From a virus, in the IMG/VR virus record IMGVR_UViG_3300050821_012250, positions 9,382-73,381 of that record: a DNA stretch of 64,000 nt; one strand, given 5' to 3'. The position numbers and the translations under genes were made by a program. The notes under the pieces were generated by a model. The model had not been told where the DNA came from. It saw only the letters and a program-made list of their open reading frames with translations, and did not search any database. Positions 39,511 through 50,229 of this stretch are shown here, one piece after another (within the stretch, counting starts at the first letter, position 1; each line of letters opens with the position of its first letter).

Positions 39511-40107
39511 TTGCGTTTTGATGGCCCACGGTTTCTCTCCCGCCCGCTCGGCGTTCACTGGGCGGGATGGGAGACTGACACCTATCGTTTGCAGCGAAGT
39601 GGTTGGGATCTGGCGGTGGAACACCAGGTTGGTCGAGATGAATATTGCCTGCTGATGCGACATGAACAGATGTCCCTCTATGCCTACACGGATGTGATTA
39701 CGATCGAACGCGTCATGCAGGATCCGAGTTTTCATGCAGAACGCTATCCTATTTTTCAGGTGCGGCGGATGGCAAAAATGCTGTATTCGAACTGGACGGA
39801 TATGTCGCTGAACTTTGCCGCGTTTCAGCAGATCGATGCAACGCCTCAATTTTCTGAGAGAAGAATGCAATCCGTCGAGGATTTCAATATTTTCGCCCTG
39901 GCGCGAAGTAAGGCCGAAGAAGTATTGGTGAATCGCGCCGACATGACAGTGATCGAGCATCTGGAGGCCATCAAAGCATTGCAGGAACCCCGACAACATG
40001 AGATCCGGCAGCGGATGTTGCGTGAGAGAAGTAATCAGATTCCGGTGCGCAGCACCCCGAAATTTCAACTCGTTGCACAGTTGATTCACGTGGAGAACGC
40101 AGCATGA
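39511..40107 (+). CDS. Conserved-looking phage hypothetical protein
   Basis: LSRP..VHWAGWETDTYRLQ..GW; lies within a co-oriented gene run. Confidence 0.55.
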   Translation: MRFDGPRFLSRPLGVHWAGWETDTYRLQRSGWDLAVEHQVGRDEYCLLMRHEQMSLYAYTDVITIERVMQDPSFHAERYPIFQVRRMAKMLYSNWTDMSLNFAAFQQIDATPQFSERRMQSVEDFNIFALARSKAEEVLVNRADMTVIEHLEAIKALQEPRQHEIRQRMLRERSNQIPVRSTPKFQLVAQLIHVENAA

Positions 40108-40214
40108 CCATCCTCCAATCCGCCTTCACCCTCCTGCTCGCCGGCATCCTCATCGCCGCTTTCGATGACCGGCGCTGGTGGCGTTGGTTGAGGCGGAAAT
40201 TGCGCGATTGAGCC

Positions 40215-40598
40215 ATGGTCATTCGAGTCCTCGTCTGCGGCGGACGCAATTACAACGGTGATGCGGAATGGAATCATGTAATGAGCGTGTTAAGTGAGAT
40301 CAATCGAGCGACTCCCATATCAGCCGTGATTCAAGGCGACGCATCAGGAGCGGATTTGCTCGGCCGTTGTTGGGCCGAAATGTACGGCGTCAAATGTATT
40401 TCCGTTCCGGCGGACTGGAATGCGCACGGCCGCGCCGCAGGTCCGATTCGAAACAAGCGGATGTTGACCGACTTCAAGCCTGATCTGGTGATTGCTTTTC
40501 CCGGTGGACGCGGCACGGCGGATATGATCCGGCAGGCCGAAGCGGCGAATGTTCCGGTGAGAAAATGTCCACGGCCTGAAACTGAATCGCGCAGTTGA
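40215..40598 (+). CDS. SLOG/YspA-like (DUF2493) protein
   Basis: RVLVCGGR, IQGDASGAD, PADW..HGRAAGPIRN..ML and AFPGGRGT.DMI. Confidence 0.85.
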   Translation: MVIRVLVCGGRNYNGDAEWNHVMSVLSEINRATPISAVIQGDASGADLLGRCWAEMYGVKCISVPADWNAHGRAAGPIRNKRMLTDFKPDLVIAFPGGRGTADMIRQAEAANVPVRKCPRPETESRS

Positions 40599-40623
40599 AG
40601 CGTGAGTTTGTTTGTGTTATGGT
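40595..40623 (+). promoter_or_regulatory. Sigma70-like promoter
   Basis: TTGAAG-17-TATGGT with an extended TG, followed by the palindrome GTGCGCGCAC. Confidence 0.55.
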
Positions 40624-40871
40624 GCGCGCACATTAAAACCGATTGAGGTCACCATGTCTGAAAAGAAACCCCGCGCTACCCGAGTCTATATCGTCACAGA
40701 TCGCACCACGGATAAACCCGTTGCATTGGTCGAGGCCGTCACCGAGCCGGCAGCCCGGAAGCATCACAGCTCTAAGACTGTCGATGTGAAGCTCGCGACG
40801 CAGAAGGCCATGTTTGATGCAGCGAAAGCCGGCATTGAGATCGAAACGGCGAGTGCGGCAGAAGAAGCGGA

Positions 40872-41684
40872 ATGAAGATGAATCCGCTTTGTATTTATCA
40901 CGGCGGTTGCGACGACGGTTTCGGCGCTGCCTACATCGTCAACAAGGCGCTGAATGGTGCCGTCGATCTTCACTACGGTATCTATCAGGCCGAGCCGCCT
41001 GACTGCACTGACCGCGAAGTATATGTGGTGGACTTCAGTTACAAGCGCGATGTCATGCAGCGTATTGCAACTCAGGCCAGATCTGTGACGGTTCTTGACC
41101 ATCACAAGTCTGCAAAAGAAGACTTGGACGACCTGCTTGGCGCCCCTGGCGGTCTTATCGGACAATTCGACATGGAGCGTAGTGGTTCCGCTATGACGTG
41201 GGATTGGTTTTATCCGGGCCAATCGCGCCCATGGCTGATTGAGTACATCCAAGATAGGGACCTCTGGCGCAAACAATTGCCGGACTCTGACGCCGTGATC
41301 ATGGCGCTCCGCTCCTATCCCCAGGATTTTGCAATGTGGGATCGGATCATCGCAAATGGTTCGGATGCGCTGATCACCGAAGGTCGTGCGATTCACCGCT
41401 ATTACCGCACGATTGTGGACTCGCTGAAAGCGAACGCGGTCATAGCAACCATTGCAGGTATGGAAGTTCCAGTAGTCAACGCTCCCTATCATTTTGCCTC
41501 GGAACTGGCCGGTGAGCTCGCGGAGGGTCACCCATTCGCGGCGTGCTATTGGAATCATGCCCACGGCACGACGTATTCCTTGCGCTCGCGCGATGGCGGA
41601 ATAGATGTGTCACAGGTGGCGTTGCAATACGGTGGTGGTGGCCATCGAGGCGCTGCAGGATTCAAAGTCCCTACTCCGCTTTAA
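40872..41684 (+). CDS. DHH/DHHA1 phosphoesterase
   Basis: YH..C.DG, VDFS, LDHHK, D.DLW, YSLRS and GGGGH..AAGF. Confidence 0.9.
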   Translation: MKMNPLCIYHGGCDDGFGAAYIVNKALNGAVDLHYGIYQAEPPDCTDREVYVVDFSYKRDVMQRIATQARSVTVLDHHKSAKEDLDDLLGAPGGLIGQFDMERSGSAMTWDWFYPGQSRPWLIEYIQDRDLWRKQLPDSDAVIMALRSYPQDFAMWDRIIANGSDALITEGRAIHRYYRTIVDSLKANAVIATIAGMEVPVVNAPYHFASELAGELAEGHPFAACYWNHAHGTTYSLRSRDGGIDVSQVALQYGGGGHRGAAGFKVPTPL

Positions 41685-42269
41685 ATGGTGATTCGATGAA
41701 CCCCGACGCCGACAAATCCCTCCTCGACGCCCTCCGCGAACGCGCCTGGAAACGCAACGCCGTGCGTATGGAGCAGAAGCAGAATACGCGCAATGGCTTT
41801 GTGGTCTGCAATGATCAGCTCGACAGCTGGAAGGCATATCAGCTCGCGGAGGCGCGTCTGACCGAGGCATTGATTCGGTGGGAAGCGGCTGAGGGTGTGC
41901 CGGATTGATTAAAATGAAAAAACAAAAACCTATTCGTGCCAAGAAAAACGCACGTCGAAAAGTAAGTCCCATTCCGCGGCAGCGTCCGTTGTCAGACACC
42001 GATTCCTGTCCCTATTTCGGGCTCTGGAAATTGTGGGGAAGGGTTTAAATGAAAGCTTGCTACGAATTCACAGTCATACTGCTTCGCATCTGGCTACTCG
42101 GTTCAATTATCGTCGGGATAGCATCGATTTCGGATGTCGCCTTCCGCCGTCCCCGATCATTCTCACGCTTCTGCCATCAGATCTGGTTCGGCTGCATCTG
42201 GCCTCTCGCCATCTTGAGCGACAAAGGCCGACGCTTGTTTTTCTGGTATTAATTCAAAGGTTAAATACA

Positions 42270-43043
42270 ATGAAACTGAAAATCACAGCTCTCATGCTGC
42301 TTGTCATCACTCTCTCGGGTTGCGGCGTCCACACGGTTGAGACGGGGCATCGCGGTATCAAGGTCAGCTTTGGGCAGGTAGAGGGTGAGCCGCTCACAGA
42401 GGGACTTTATTTCACCGATCCGTTCACGACCACCATTGAGCAAATGGATATTCGCACGTTGCGATGGGATGGAAAAGCCGCGACCCATACCAAGGATGTT
42501 CAATCGGCTACAATCACCTTCTCGCTGAACTATGCATTGCGTCCAGAGATGGTTGGAACCACTTACAAGACTGTGGGTGAAAATTGGGCCAATACCTTGG
42601 TAGAACCCGTAGTACTTCAGGATCTCAAAGACGAAATCGCAAAATGGGATGCTGTTGATTTAGTGGCCAGTCGCCAAATCGCATCTGATCATATTCAGGC
42701 TGCGGTGATGAGCGATCTTGGCAAAAAAGGCGTTACCGTTTCTGGATTTTTTCTCACCGATGTGGAGTTTTCTGGCGGATTCACCGCTTCCATTGAACGC
42801 AAGGTCATCGCAGCACAGGATGCGTTGGCGGCGCAGAATAAGACTGAGCAAGTTAAACAAGAACAGGCGCAAGAATTGTTGCGTGCTCAGACTGCTGCTC
42901 AATCTATGAAGATCCGCGCCGATGCACTTTCGCAAAATCCCAAGCTTGTCGAATGGGAAGCGGTGCAGAAATGGAACGGTGTGTTGCCACAATATTCGAT
43001 GGGCGGTACGTTGCCGTTTATTCAAATGCCGGCGGCGCATTGA
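42270..43043 (+). CDS. SPFH/band 7 (prohibitin-like) lipoprotein
   Basis: Lipobox LSGC; V.TG.RG.KV.FG, EGL.F, TKD.Q and KWNG.LP. Confidence 0.85.
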   Translation: MKLKITALMLLVITLSGCGVHTVETGHRGIKVSFGQVEGEPLTEGLYFTDPFTTTIEQMDIRTLRWDGKAATHTKDVQSATITFSLNYALRPEMVGTTYKTVGENWANTLVEPVVLQDLKDEIAKWDAVDLVASRQIASDHIQAAVMSDLGKKGVTVSGFFLTDVEFSGGFTASIERKVIAAQDALAAQNKTEQVKQEQAQELLRAQTAAQSMKIRADALSQNPKLVEWEAVQKWNGVLPQYSMGGTLPFIQMPAAH

Positions 43044-43044
43044 T

Positions 43045-43905
43045 ATGTATACCATCATTGATAGCGACAACTACGCCGCCGCCAGCATCGAAACGATGTT
43101 CTTTCCCGGTGGCGAGCCGCACGTAAAAGTGTCGGCTTCCATTTCGGGCGATGTGCTGCTATTTCTCAAATTGCGCACATGGGATGATGTTGGACTCGCC
43201 AGTTGCCTGCTCCATGCATTCGCGAACATTGATTCGATCAAGAAACTTGAGGTCTTCATTCCTTATTTTCCTGCAGCGCGTCAGGATAAGGTCAAACGCA
43301 ATGCGGAGAATGATCCCTACTCATCATTGACAGTTGCGATCATGGGCGATTTATTGACCGGCGGTTGGAGCGCCACGGTATTCGATGTCCATTCTCCAGA
43401 AGCTTTCGAATGGGCTGAAATCGGGCGCAATCTGATGCCTGAGGACTTGCCGATCGAAATTCAACCGGATGTCGTCGGCATCATCGCACCCGATGAAGGA
43501 GCGGCTGATCGCGCGGAGTCTTTCCGCAGAGCGTTTTATCCGCATGCGTCGCTTGTCCAATGTTCCAAGCGGCGCGATCCGACGACAGGGCGACTCTCAG
43601 GTTATGAGATGCCGAAGCTGCCAGCCATGGGTCGTTATATCATCGTGGATGACATTTGCGATGGCGGTGGCACATTCAATCTCCTGGTCGATGAGTTCAT
43701 TGAGGACGAATTCGGACTCGGGAGTCAGCTGGAGCTCTTCGTGTCACACGGTATTTTCTCGAAGGGACTCGACAATATTTCGCCAGTGATTGAGCGTATT
43801 ACGACGACCGACAGCTGGTGCAAATTGAAGCCGACTAGCCGATTGTCGATTATTCCGCTTCGTACGCTATTCGATAAAATCATGGGAGTAAATGCGGGTG
43901 CTTGA
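43045..43905 (+). CDS. Prs-like protein, probable ADPR-PP synthetase (Adps of NARP1)
   Basis: FPGGE.HV, PYFPAARQD, DVHS, PDEGA, K.RD and IVDDICDGGGTF; overlaps the Nampt-like gene. Confidence 0.85.
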   Translation: MYTIIDSDNYAAASIETMFFPGGEPHVKVSASISGDVLLFLKLRTWDDVGLASCLLHAFANIDSIKKLEVFIPYFPAARQDKVKRNAENDPYSSLTVAIMGDLLTGGWSATVFDVHSPEAFEWAEIGRNLMPEDLPIEIQPDVVGIIAPDEGAADRAESFRRAFYPHASLVQCSKRRDPTTGRLSGYEMPKLPAMGRYIIVDDICDGGGTFNLLVDEFIEDEFGLGSQLELFVSHGIFSKGLDNISPVIERITTTDSWCKLKPTSRLSIIPLRTLFDKIMGVNAGA

Positions 43906-45370
43906 TTTCATCCAATGTACCGATTTTTACAAGGTCGACCATCGCCGGCAAATGACTCCGGGCACAACCCGCATTCTGGAGAATTGGACGCCAAGGGCTT
44001 CCCGCATTTCCGGTGTTGATTCAGCCGTATTCTTCGGACTTCGCGCACATCTGAAATATGATTTGACCGATCTGGCGAATCGAACATTCTTCAGCCGCTC
44101 GCGATCCGACGTATTGTACGACTATCAAATGATGTTGGATAATTCTTTGGGTACGACAGAAATCGGGACAGAACACATCGGCGCCCTCCATGATCTTCAG
44201 TACTTGCCATTGGAATATTGCGCCATCCCAGAAGGCACATCTGTTCCATTGCGAGTCCCCCAATTCACGGTCGAAAACACCCATGATGATTTCGCGTGGG
44301 TCGCGGGTTATCTGGAAACTCTGACTTCCTCGCGCGTCTGGCTGGCATGTCAAAGCGCTACGACGGCTAAGAGATATCGGAAGCTGTTGGATCATTATGC
44401 CAAAGTAACCGGTGGGCCTGCGGAATTCGTCGATTGGCAAGGACATGATTTCAGTTTCCGCGGTATGGGAAGTCCCGAAGCGGCTGCATTTTCAGGTGCT
44501 GGCCATTTATTGAGTTTCACCGGCACTGACACGATTCCGGCAATCAAGCTTTTGCACGATGCTTATGATGGCGACGGATTGATCGGTGGTTCAGTAGCTG
44601 CCACAGAGCATATGGTCATGTGCCTCGGCGGCAAAGAAGATGAAATACAAACATTCGATCGCCTCCTCAACCTCTATCCGAAAGGAATTGTTTCTGTCGT
44701 CTCCGACACGTGGGATCTCTGGAAAGTTATAACGGAAACACTTCCGGCGCTGAAAGACAAAATAATGGTCCGGGATGGAAAACTCGTGATCCGTCCTGAC
44801 AGCGGTGATCCGGTATTGATTTTGACCGGGGACGCGACCAAGAGTGGACCCGCGCGCAAAGGAGTAATCGAACTTCTATGGGATCTTTTCGGTGGCACCA
44901 TCAATGCGCTCGGATTTAAACAGCTCGATTCGCATATCGGTGCGATTTACGGCGATTCCATCACTGAGGCACGTGCGCTTCAAATATGCGATCGATTGAT
45001 GGATAAGGGATTTGCTTCGACCAACGTTGTCTTGGGAATAGGCTCGTATAACTACCAATATGTCACCCGCGATACCAGCGGTTATGCAATGAAAGCAACC
45101 TGGGCTCTCGTAAATGGAGAAGAGCGCTTTCTATTCAAAGATCCAATCACAGATGATGGGACGAAACGATCCGCGCGCGGTCGATTGGCTGTCGTGGATC
45201 ATCGAACTCGTGGGGGCGCCATTGAACTCATCGATGGTCTTTCATTAGAAGAATGGAAAAACTTTTCAATAATGACCGGCTTTGAAAATATGCTTGTGCC
45301 AGTCTGGCGCAACGGCCGATTTCTACGACGCGAAACGCTGCCTGAAATTCGCGCCAGAGTTAGAGCATGA
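43892..45370 (+). CDS. Nampt-like protein, probable nicotinamide-ADPR transferase (Namat of NARP1)
   Basis: TDFYK..H, HDFSFRG, F.GTDT, ATEH, SVVSDTWD, IRPDSGDP, IYGDSIT, TRDT...AMKAT and KDP.TD..K.SA.G. Confidence 0.9.
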   Translation: MRVLDFIQCTDFYKVDHRRQMTPGTTRILENWTPRASRISGVDSAVFFGLRAHLKYDLTDLANRTFFSRSRSDVLYDYQMMLDNSLGTTEIGTEHIGALHDLQYLPLEYCAIPEGTSVPLRVPQFTVENTHDDFAWVAGYLETLTSSRVWLACQSATTAKRYRKLLDHYAKVTGGPAEFVDWQGHDFSFRGMGSPEAAAFSGAGHLLSFTGTDTIPAIKLLHDAYDGDGLIGGSVAATEHMVMCLGGKEDEIQTFDRLLNLYPKGIVSVVSDTWDLWKVITETLPALKDKIMVRDGKLVIRPDSGDPVLILTGDATKSGPARKGVIELLWDLFGGTINALGFKQLDSHIGAIYGDSITEARALQICDRLMDKGFASTNVVLGIGSYNYQYVTRDTSGYAMKATWALVNGEERFLFKDPITDDGTKRSARGRLAVVDHRTRGGAIELIDGLSLEEWKNFSIMTGFENMLVPVWRNGRFLRRETLPEIRARVRA

Positions 45371-45588
45371 AACGGATCTCATTTTTTATTCTGACATCGA
45401 CGATGTTATTGACCTCGACACTCAATACGCCGGTTGATCTGAGGACATTGATGATGGCGGCCAATCCACCGATCACATTCAGCTATCGACCACCGCTTGA
45501 GGGTACTCTCACGCCTTGCAAATGAATTGCGTCGTATAATTTTGCTTACTAGTCTTCGCACACGATTTCAATCAACGGATCACTTTTC

Positions 45589-46443
45589 ATGAATGACAAA
45601 CAAGTCGCCATCCATCAGCAAGACCCCACAGCGCAACGTGTCGCATCCTACCCGTCGCCAGCGTCCTACAGCTTCGAGCAGATCCAGCGCATGGCCGGTG
45701 CGTTCGCGAAGTCGGGACTCTTCGGCGTCAAGGATGAGAATCAGGCACTGAGCTTGATGCTTTACGCCCAGGCCACGGGCAAACATCCCGCGCTGATCAT
45801 GCGGGATTACGACGTGATCCAAGGCCGTCTCGCCAAAAAATCAGAAGTGATGTTGCGCGACTATCAGGCATCCGGCGGCAGTGTGGAATGGACCAAGTAC
45901 GCCGATGATGGTGTGATCGGCATTTTCCGCCATCCGCTGGCGCCTCGGCCGCTGGAGGTCAGCTGGGATTTGGACCGCGCAACCAAGGCCGGTCTCGTTG
46001 CCAAGGATGGCAGTATGTACAAGAAGTATCCGCGCGCCATGTTCCGCTCGCGTGTGATTTCAGAAGGCGTGCGCGCTACGGCTCCCGATGTCACGGAGCA
46101 GATGCATACGCCCGAAGAGGTACGGGCGATTGAGCAGGAACAGGAGCCGATGTCGGTCACGGTGGCCGTCGCGGAGACGGTCAAGGAATCCCGCAACGCC
46201 TTACCGCCTGAGGAGGTCGAGGTGCTGTTGAAGTCCCTGGAGGTGGCGACAGTGGCCGAACTCACTCCAGCGTTCGGCCGGGCCTATACGCGCGCCAAGG
46301 AGGCCAAGGACGAGGTTACCAAGCAAAAGCTCAAGGCGCGGTACGACGAGCGCAAGGATGAGATCGCGGCGGAGATCGCCCAGAAGGAGGTTGAAGCGGC
46401 GGCGGAACGGGCAGCGATTGAGGGGGAGGGAAAGCCATCATGA
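45589..46443 (+). CDS. RecT/Bet-like single-strand annealing protein
   Basis: FAKSGLF, VIQGR and YKKYP.AM.RSR..SEGVR..PD motifs; near a Gp157-like gene. Confidence 0.7.
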   Translation: MNDKQVAIHQQDPTAQRVASYPSPASYSFEQIQRMAGAFAKSGLFGVKDENQALSLMLYAQATGKHPALIMRDYDVIQGRLAKKSEVMLRDYQASGGSVEWTKYADDGVIGIFRHPLAPRPLEVSWDLDRATKAGLVAKDGSMYKKYPRAMFRSRVISEGVRATAPDVTEQMHTPEEVRAIEQEQEPMSVTVAVAETVKESRNALPPEEVEVLLKSLEVATVAELTPAFGRAYTRAKEAKDEVTKQKLKARYDERKDEIAAEIAQKEVEAAAERAAIEGEGKPS

Positions 46444-46708
46444 TTCTGAAACAGCTCAGTATTTTTCGCAAAAGCTCATGGGACGAGAAGTGCGATAGTC
46501 CACTCGTGGGTAACATTGAATTCAAGAACGATTTGGGTTCAATTAAACTGGATCTCTCCGAAGAGATGGCGCAAAAGATTCTGGCGGTCGTGGCGGAAGG
46601 AGTTGTTGAATCGGCGAAGGAAGTAGCCAAGAAATTGACTTCGAATCTACTGATGCAGAGTGCGCCCGCGTTAGAACATCGGAATGCGATCAGCGCCGAG
46701 ATCCAGCC

Positions 46709-47212
46709 ATGACCCGTCTCTTCGAACTCGCTCAAGAATACCGCGCGTTATCCGAGCTCGAGTCCTCGGACGATCTGCCGCCTGAAGTCATCGCGGACAC
46801 GCTGGAAGGGCTCCAAGGGGAATTCCAGGACAAGGCTGCCGCAGTCGCGAAGTTCATCCTCTCGCTCGAGGCCGACGCGGCTGCGATCAAAGCCGTGGCC
46901 GAGGCGCAGGCCAATCGCGCAGCACGACTGCAGAAGCGGGCGGAATCGATCCGGCAGTATCTTCTCCTGCAGTTTCTCTTCGCAGGCTTCGACAAAAAAA
47001 TCGAAACGCCGGAAATCCGTATCGCGCGACGCACGAATCCTGAGGCGGTGAACGTGATCGACGAGAACCTGGTGCCGGCGCAATATTGGCGACAGCCGCC
47101 TCCACCGCCGAAACAGCTCGATAAGATCGCGATCAAGGCAGCGATCGACGGGGGCGTGAAAGTGGAGGGATGTTATTTGGCTGCGGGTGAACGGATCGAT
47201 ATCAGGATCTAG
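46709..47212 (+). CDS. Siphovirus Gp157-like protein
   Basis: L.EL..EY, IADTLE, coiled coil, P.V...DE..VP..Y, DK.AIK.A..G..V.G. Confidence 0.85.
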   Translation: MTRLFELAQEYRALSELESSDDLPPEVIADTLEGLQGEFQDKAAAVAKFILSLEADAAAIKAVAEAQANRAARLQKRAESIRQYLLLQFLFAGFDKKIETPEIRIARRTNPEAVNVIDENLVPAQYWRQPPPPPKQLDKIAIKAAIDGGVKVEGCYLAAGERIDIRI

Positions 47213-47620
47213 ATGCGTGTTTTCGGCGGATGCGACCCCCGCGTCTGCAAATGTTCTACTCGACTATTTTCGACTGTCAACCGGCATCACCTCCTTTGTT
47301 TGCTGAACCACTGATCCACACCCGAATCACTCCATAATTTGCGATTGCATTGATCAGCGTGTCGCAGTCTTCACGCACATCCATTAAGGATGTTCCAGCG
47401 CGAACCCCTTTCAGAAATGGCAGCGCGATTTCCGTCAGAACCGCTTCGCGTCCGTATTCTTCTTCAATGGCGCGCTTCATGCCAACACTCAATGACTTAC
47501 CATGCGGCGGCTTATAAATTTCCCAAAAAAGATTTGTGCTCATTTCAATGGTCGAATTCCGGTGTTGTTTGCGAAGGTTGTGAACTGGCGGTGAGGGATA
47601 AATAATTTGACAGCCCTCGG

Positions 47621-48442
47621 TCAATCTGTCGGCGCTTTAAAATCATCAGATACATGCCATTCGATCATTTGATGGAATGGAGGTTGTTTTGTTAAACATG
47701 ACATAATATCTGTCATGAATGGGGCACGAGTTTTCGAATCAACCCCCTGACGTACCTTTCTACTCTGAGACATTTCGCTGACTATTAAACCTGCCGCTTG
47801 AAGAGGTATTTCTCTGTCCGCATTTGCAATGACACAATATTCCATTGATGGATGGTTTTTTTGAAGAGTCTGAAAAAGTTTCTGAATATGCGTTTCGGGT
47901 AATTCAGAGCGCATAGAGAACATAAGCGAAATCTTTTCTGGGAGATCGATCAAACCGCTTATTTTTTCCGATCTTTTCAAAATTGTTTCAATAGCTTCCA
48001 TGTAGGAAGTGCGGACGAGTTCTTTGTCTGAGACTACAGGCACCGAAGCACAAAGATAGTGAACTTCATGCACACAGATGATCGTAGCCAAATCCTTCAA
48101 CAATAAATTGAGTTGGGTCAAATCCCATCCATAAAATGGATCGCCCTCCTTTGCGGCTCCGGTACAAGCCTGCTTAAATTGCTGATGATCAAACCGAGCA
48201 ATCGGAGTTGGATTGCGCATACTCTGAAGTCTTTCGTCCCAAAGAACCTTGATTTTCTGCCAAGTTTCGCAGGTCGCGACTCCTCCGCCAACTATGTATC
48301 TATGAGGTTGAATGGAGGCAGCGCTACTGTCTAAATATGCCCATAACATATAGATGCGAGTTTCCGGCTCCCATCCCAAAGCATTAATTAGTTGTACAAA
48401 ATAATCGTTGGACAGCGAGATGGAACTAGCTTGGGGAGTCAT
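47621..48442 (-). CDS. DUF3800-like (RNase H fold) protein, possibly degenerate
   Basis: AYLDSS...VGG N-terminal motif and PLQAAGLI C-terminal motif; AT-rich. Confidence 0.5.
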   Translation of the reverse strand: MTPQASSISLSNDYFVQLINALGWEPETRIYMLWAYLDSSAASIQPHRYIVGGGVATCETWQKIKVLWDERLQSMRNPTPIARFDHQQFKQACTGAAKEGDPFYGWDLTQLNLLLKDLATIICVHEVHYLCASVPVVSDKELVRTSYMEAIETILKRSEKISGLIDLPEKISLMFSMRSELPETHIQKLFQTLQKNHPSMEYCVIANADREIPLQAAGLIVSEMSQSRKVRQGVDSKTRAPFMTDIMSCLTKQPPFHQMIEWHVSDDFKAPTD

Positions 48443-48499
48443 CTTACGCCTCCGCCATTAATTTGGGTACGGGAAGTATAATATCTGGCTTCAAATCAT

Positions 48500-48769
48500 T
48501 TACCATTCAACGATCCTCCGCAAAAGATTCTGAGGGTCTATTTCAATCGCCGCAGCAATCGCCATGAAGTCCTGGAAACGCACCCGCGCACGGCCGCTTT
48601 CGATGTTGGCAACCATATTGCGCGTCCAGCCGCATTTTTCGGCCACGGCTTGCTGCGAGAGACCGACTTCCTGACGTGAGGCGCGGAGCACAATGGTAGC
48701 CCGGCGCCCCCAGTCGGTTTCGATGCGGCGACTGGAGTGTATTGACTGAATCGGTTGAGGATTATTCAT
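48500..48769 (-). CDS. XRE-family HTH regulator
   Basis: LR.SR...GLSQ..VA..CGW.R..VANIESG. Confidence 0.85.
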   Translation of the reverse strand: MNNPQPIQSIHSSRRIETDWGRRATIVLRASRQEVGLSQQAVAEKCGWTRNMVANIESGRARVRFQDFMAIAAAIEIDPQNLLRRIVEW

Positions 48770-48797
48770 GTAAATACACTATAACGTTTTATCTTAT

Positions 48798-48986
48798 TCA
48801 TAAATCCGCCACAAGCTTTTCCAGGGCAATCCCGGTACGCTCCGCAATCAGCTTCAGGTTCTCCGCTGAAGGGGATCTCCGTCCGTTTATCCAATGATTC
48901 AAATGCCCCGGACTGACGCCGATCCGTTTGGCGAGATTAATCTGGGACAGACCCGTGACTTTCATGTATTCATTGAGTACTTGCAT
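48798..48986 (-). CDS. Cro-like XRE HTH regulator
   Basis: GLSQINLAKRIGVSPGHLNHWINGRRSPS; ATG at 48986. Confidence 0.85.
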   Translation of the reverse strand: MQVLNEYMKVTGLSQINLAKRIGVSPGHLNHWINGRRSPSAENLKLIAERTGIALEKLVADL

Positions 48987-49484
48987 GGAAACGTATATAG
49001 CATACAAACAAACAAATACACAATACCACATGGAAATAAATGCTTGACGAAGTCGTGCCGCCTATGCTCTCATAGGCTCACTTCAATAAAGCACCTTGGA
49101 AAAATTGGAATGAGGCTTTCTCTTCGCGTGAACCCCACCGCCTTCGCCGACCGTCGCACGGCCGAGCAGAGGCGGCATTCGGATTCGATTGTCGAGAAAC
49201 GCTGGAGGTGGCGCGTAGCGAGAAATGAGGCGAAACGCCGTGCTGAAAAATCGCGATAATGCGCATGCTCACACCAGAACTCGTCCATCAGATCCGCACG
49301 GCAAGGCTCACGGATACGGAATGGAGCAGGCGCCTAGATGTGTCGGTCAGGACGATACGGGATGCACGGGTGGGGAATACGTGGCCGAGCGTTGCGACGC
49401 CGCCGGATATCAGGATTCGGGTCGGAAATGGACGTGGACAGAAGGCGGCTGCGAATCTGACGCGAGAGCGGTGGAGTTATTTCC

Positions 49485-50042
49485 GTGAGTGATGACATTC
49501 TGGCCGATGAGCGCCTCAAACGTGATACGTGGGGACGGCTCACGGAAGCTCAGTACAACGAGCACTGGCTCGCTCGCGTGCGGGAAAAGTCCGTCGTGAC
49601 CGAATCCGGCTGCCTCGTGTGGCAAGGATTTCTGCAGACCAAGGGATACGGCGGAACGACTTACCGAGGGCGCAACGTCGCCATTCATCGGCAAGCCTTC
49701 AAGATCCTAAAGAAGGCCGACTTGCGCACGGAGGATTTCGTCTGCCACACCTGCGATACGCGCGCGTGCTGGAACATCGATCATCTTTGGCTGGGGAAGC
49801 CAGCCGATAACTCCCTCGACATGGTCAAGAAGGGCCGCTGTCATGAGTGGACGCGAACGCATTGCCCTAAGGGGCATCCCTACGACGAAGAGAACACGAT
49901 CCACCGAATAGCGAAGTCCGGCCGCCCAGCTCGTGGCTGCAAAGCCTGCCTCAAACTGACACATCAAACGCCTTCCTATATCGAATGGCGGCGCAATTAC
50001 CAACGCAGACGACGCGCTGAAAAACGCGGAGCGAGTCAATGA
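49485..50042 (+). CDS. HNH endonuclease
   Basis: SGC.VWQG, GYG, HR, VCHTCD...CWN.DHL...N..D and THCPKGHPY. Confidence 0.88.
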   Translation: MSDDILADERLKRDTWGRLTEAQYNEHWLARVREKSVVTESGCLVWQGFLQTKGYGGTTYRGRNVAIHRQAFKILKKADLRTEDFVCHTCDTRACWNIDHLWLGKPADNSLDMVKKGRCHEWTRTHCPKGHPYDEENTIHRIAKSGRPARGCKACLKLTHQTPSYIEWRRNYQRRRRAEKRGASQ

Positions 50043-50229
50043 ACGAGAAATACGCAGTTCCCACTGATGAGCGTCTCATTCTAGACGGGGCTGCCGAATG
50101 TCAATTCGACAGGGACGGTGACTTGGAGATCGATATCTCTCCGGGAACCGGGAGTGACAGATGGGAAGGAATTTACCTGAGTCGCGAATACGTCCTGAGG
50201 TTGCGAGACTGGCTTAACGAGAAACTCCC

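Noticed and set aside
47545-47620. DUF3800-associated structured RNA downstream of ORF 47621
   Set aside because: The gap is short and I could not find convincing helices
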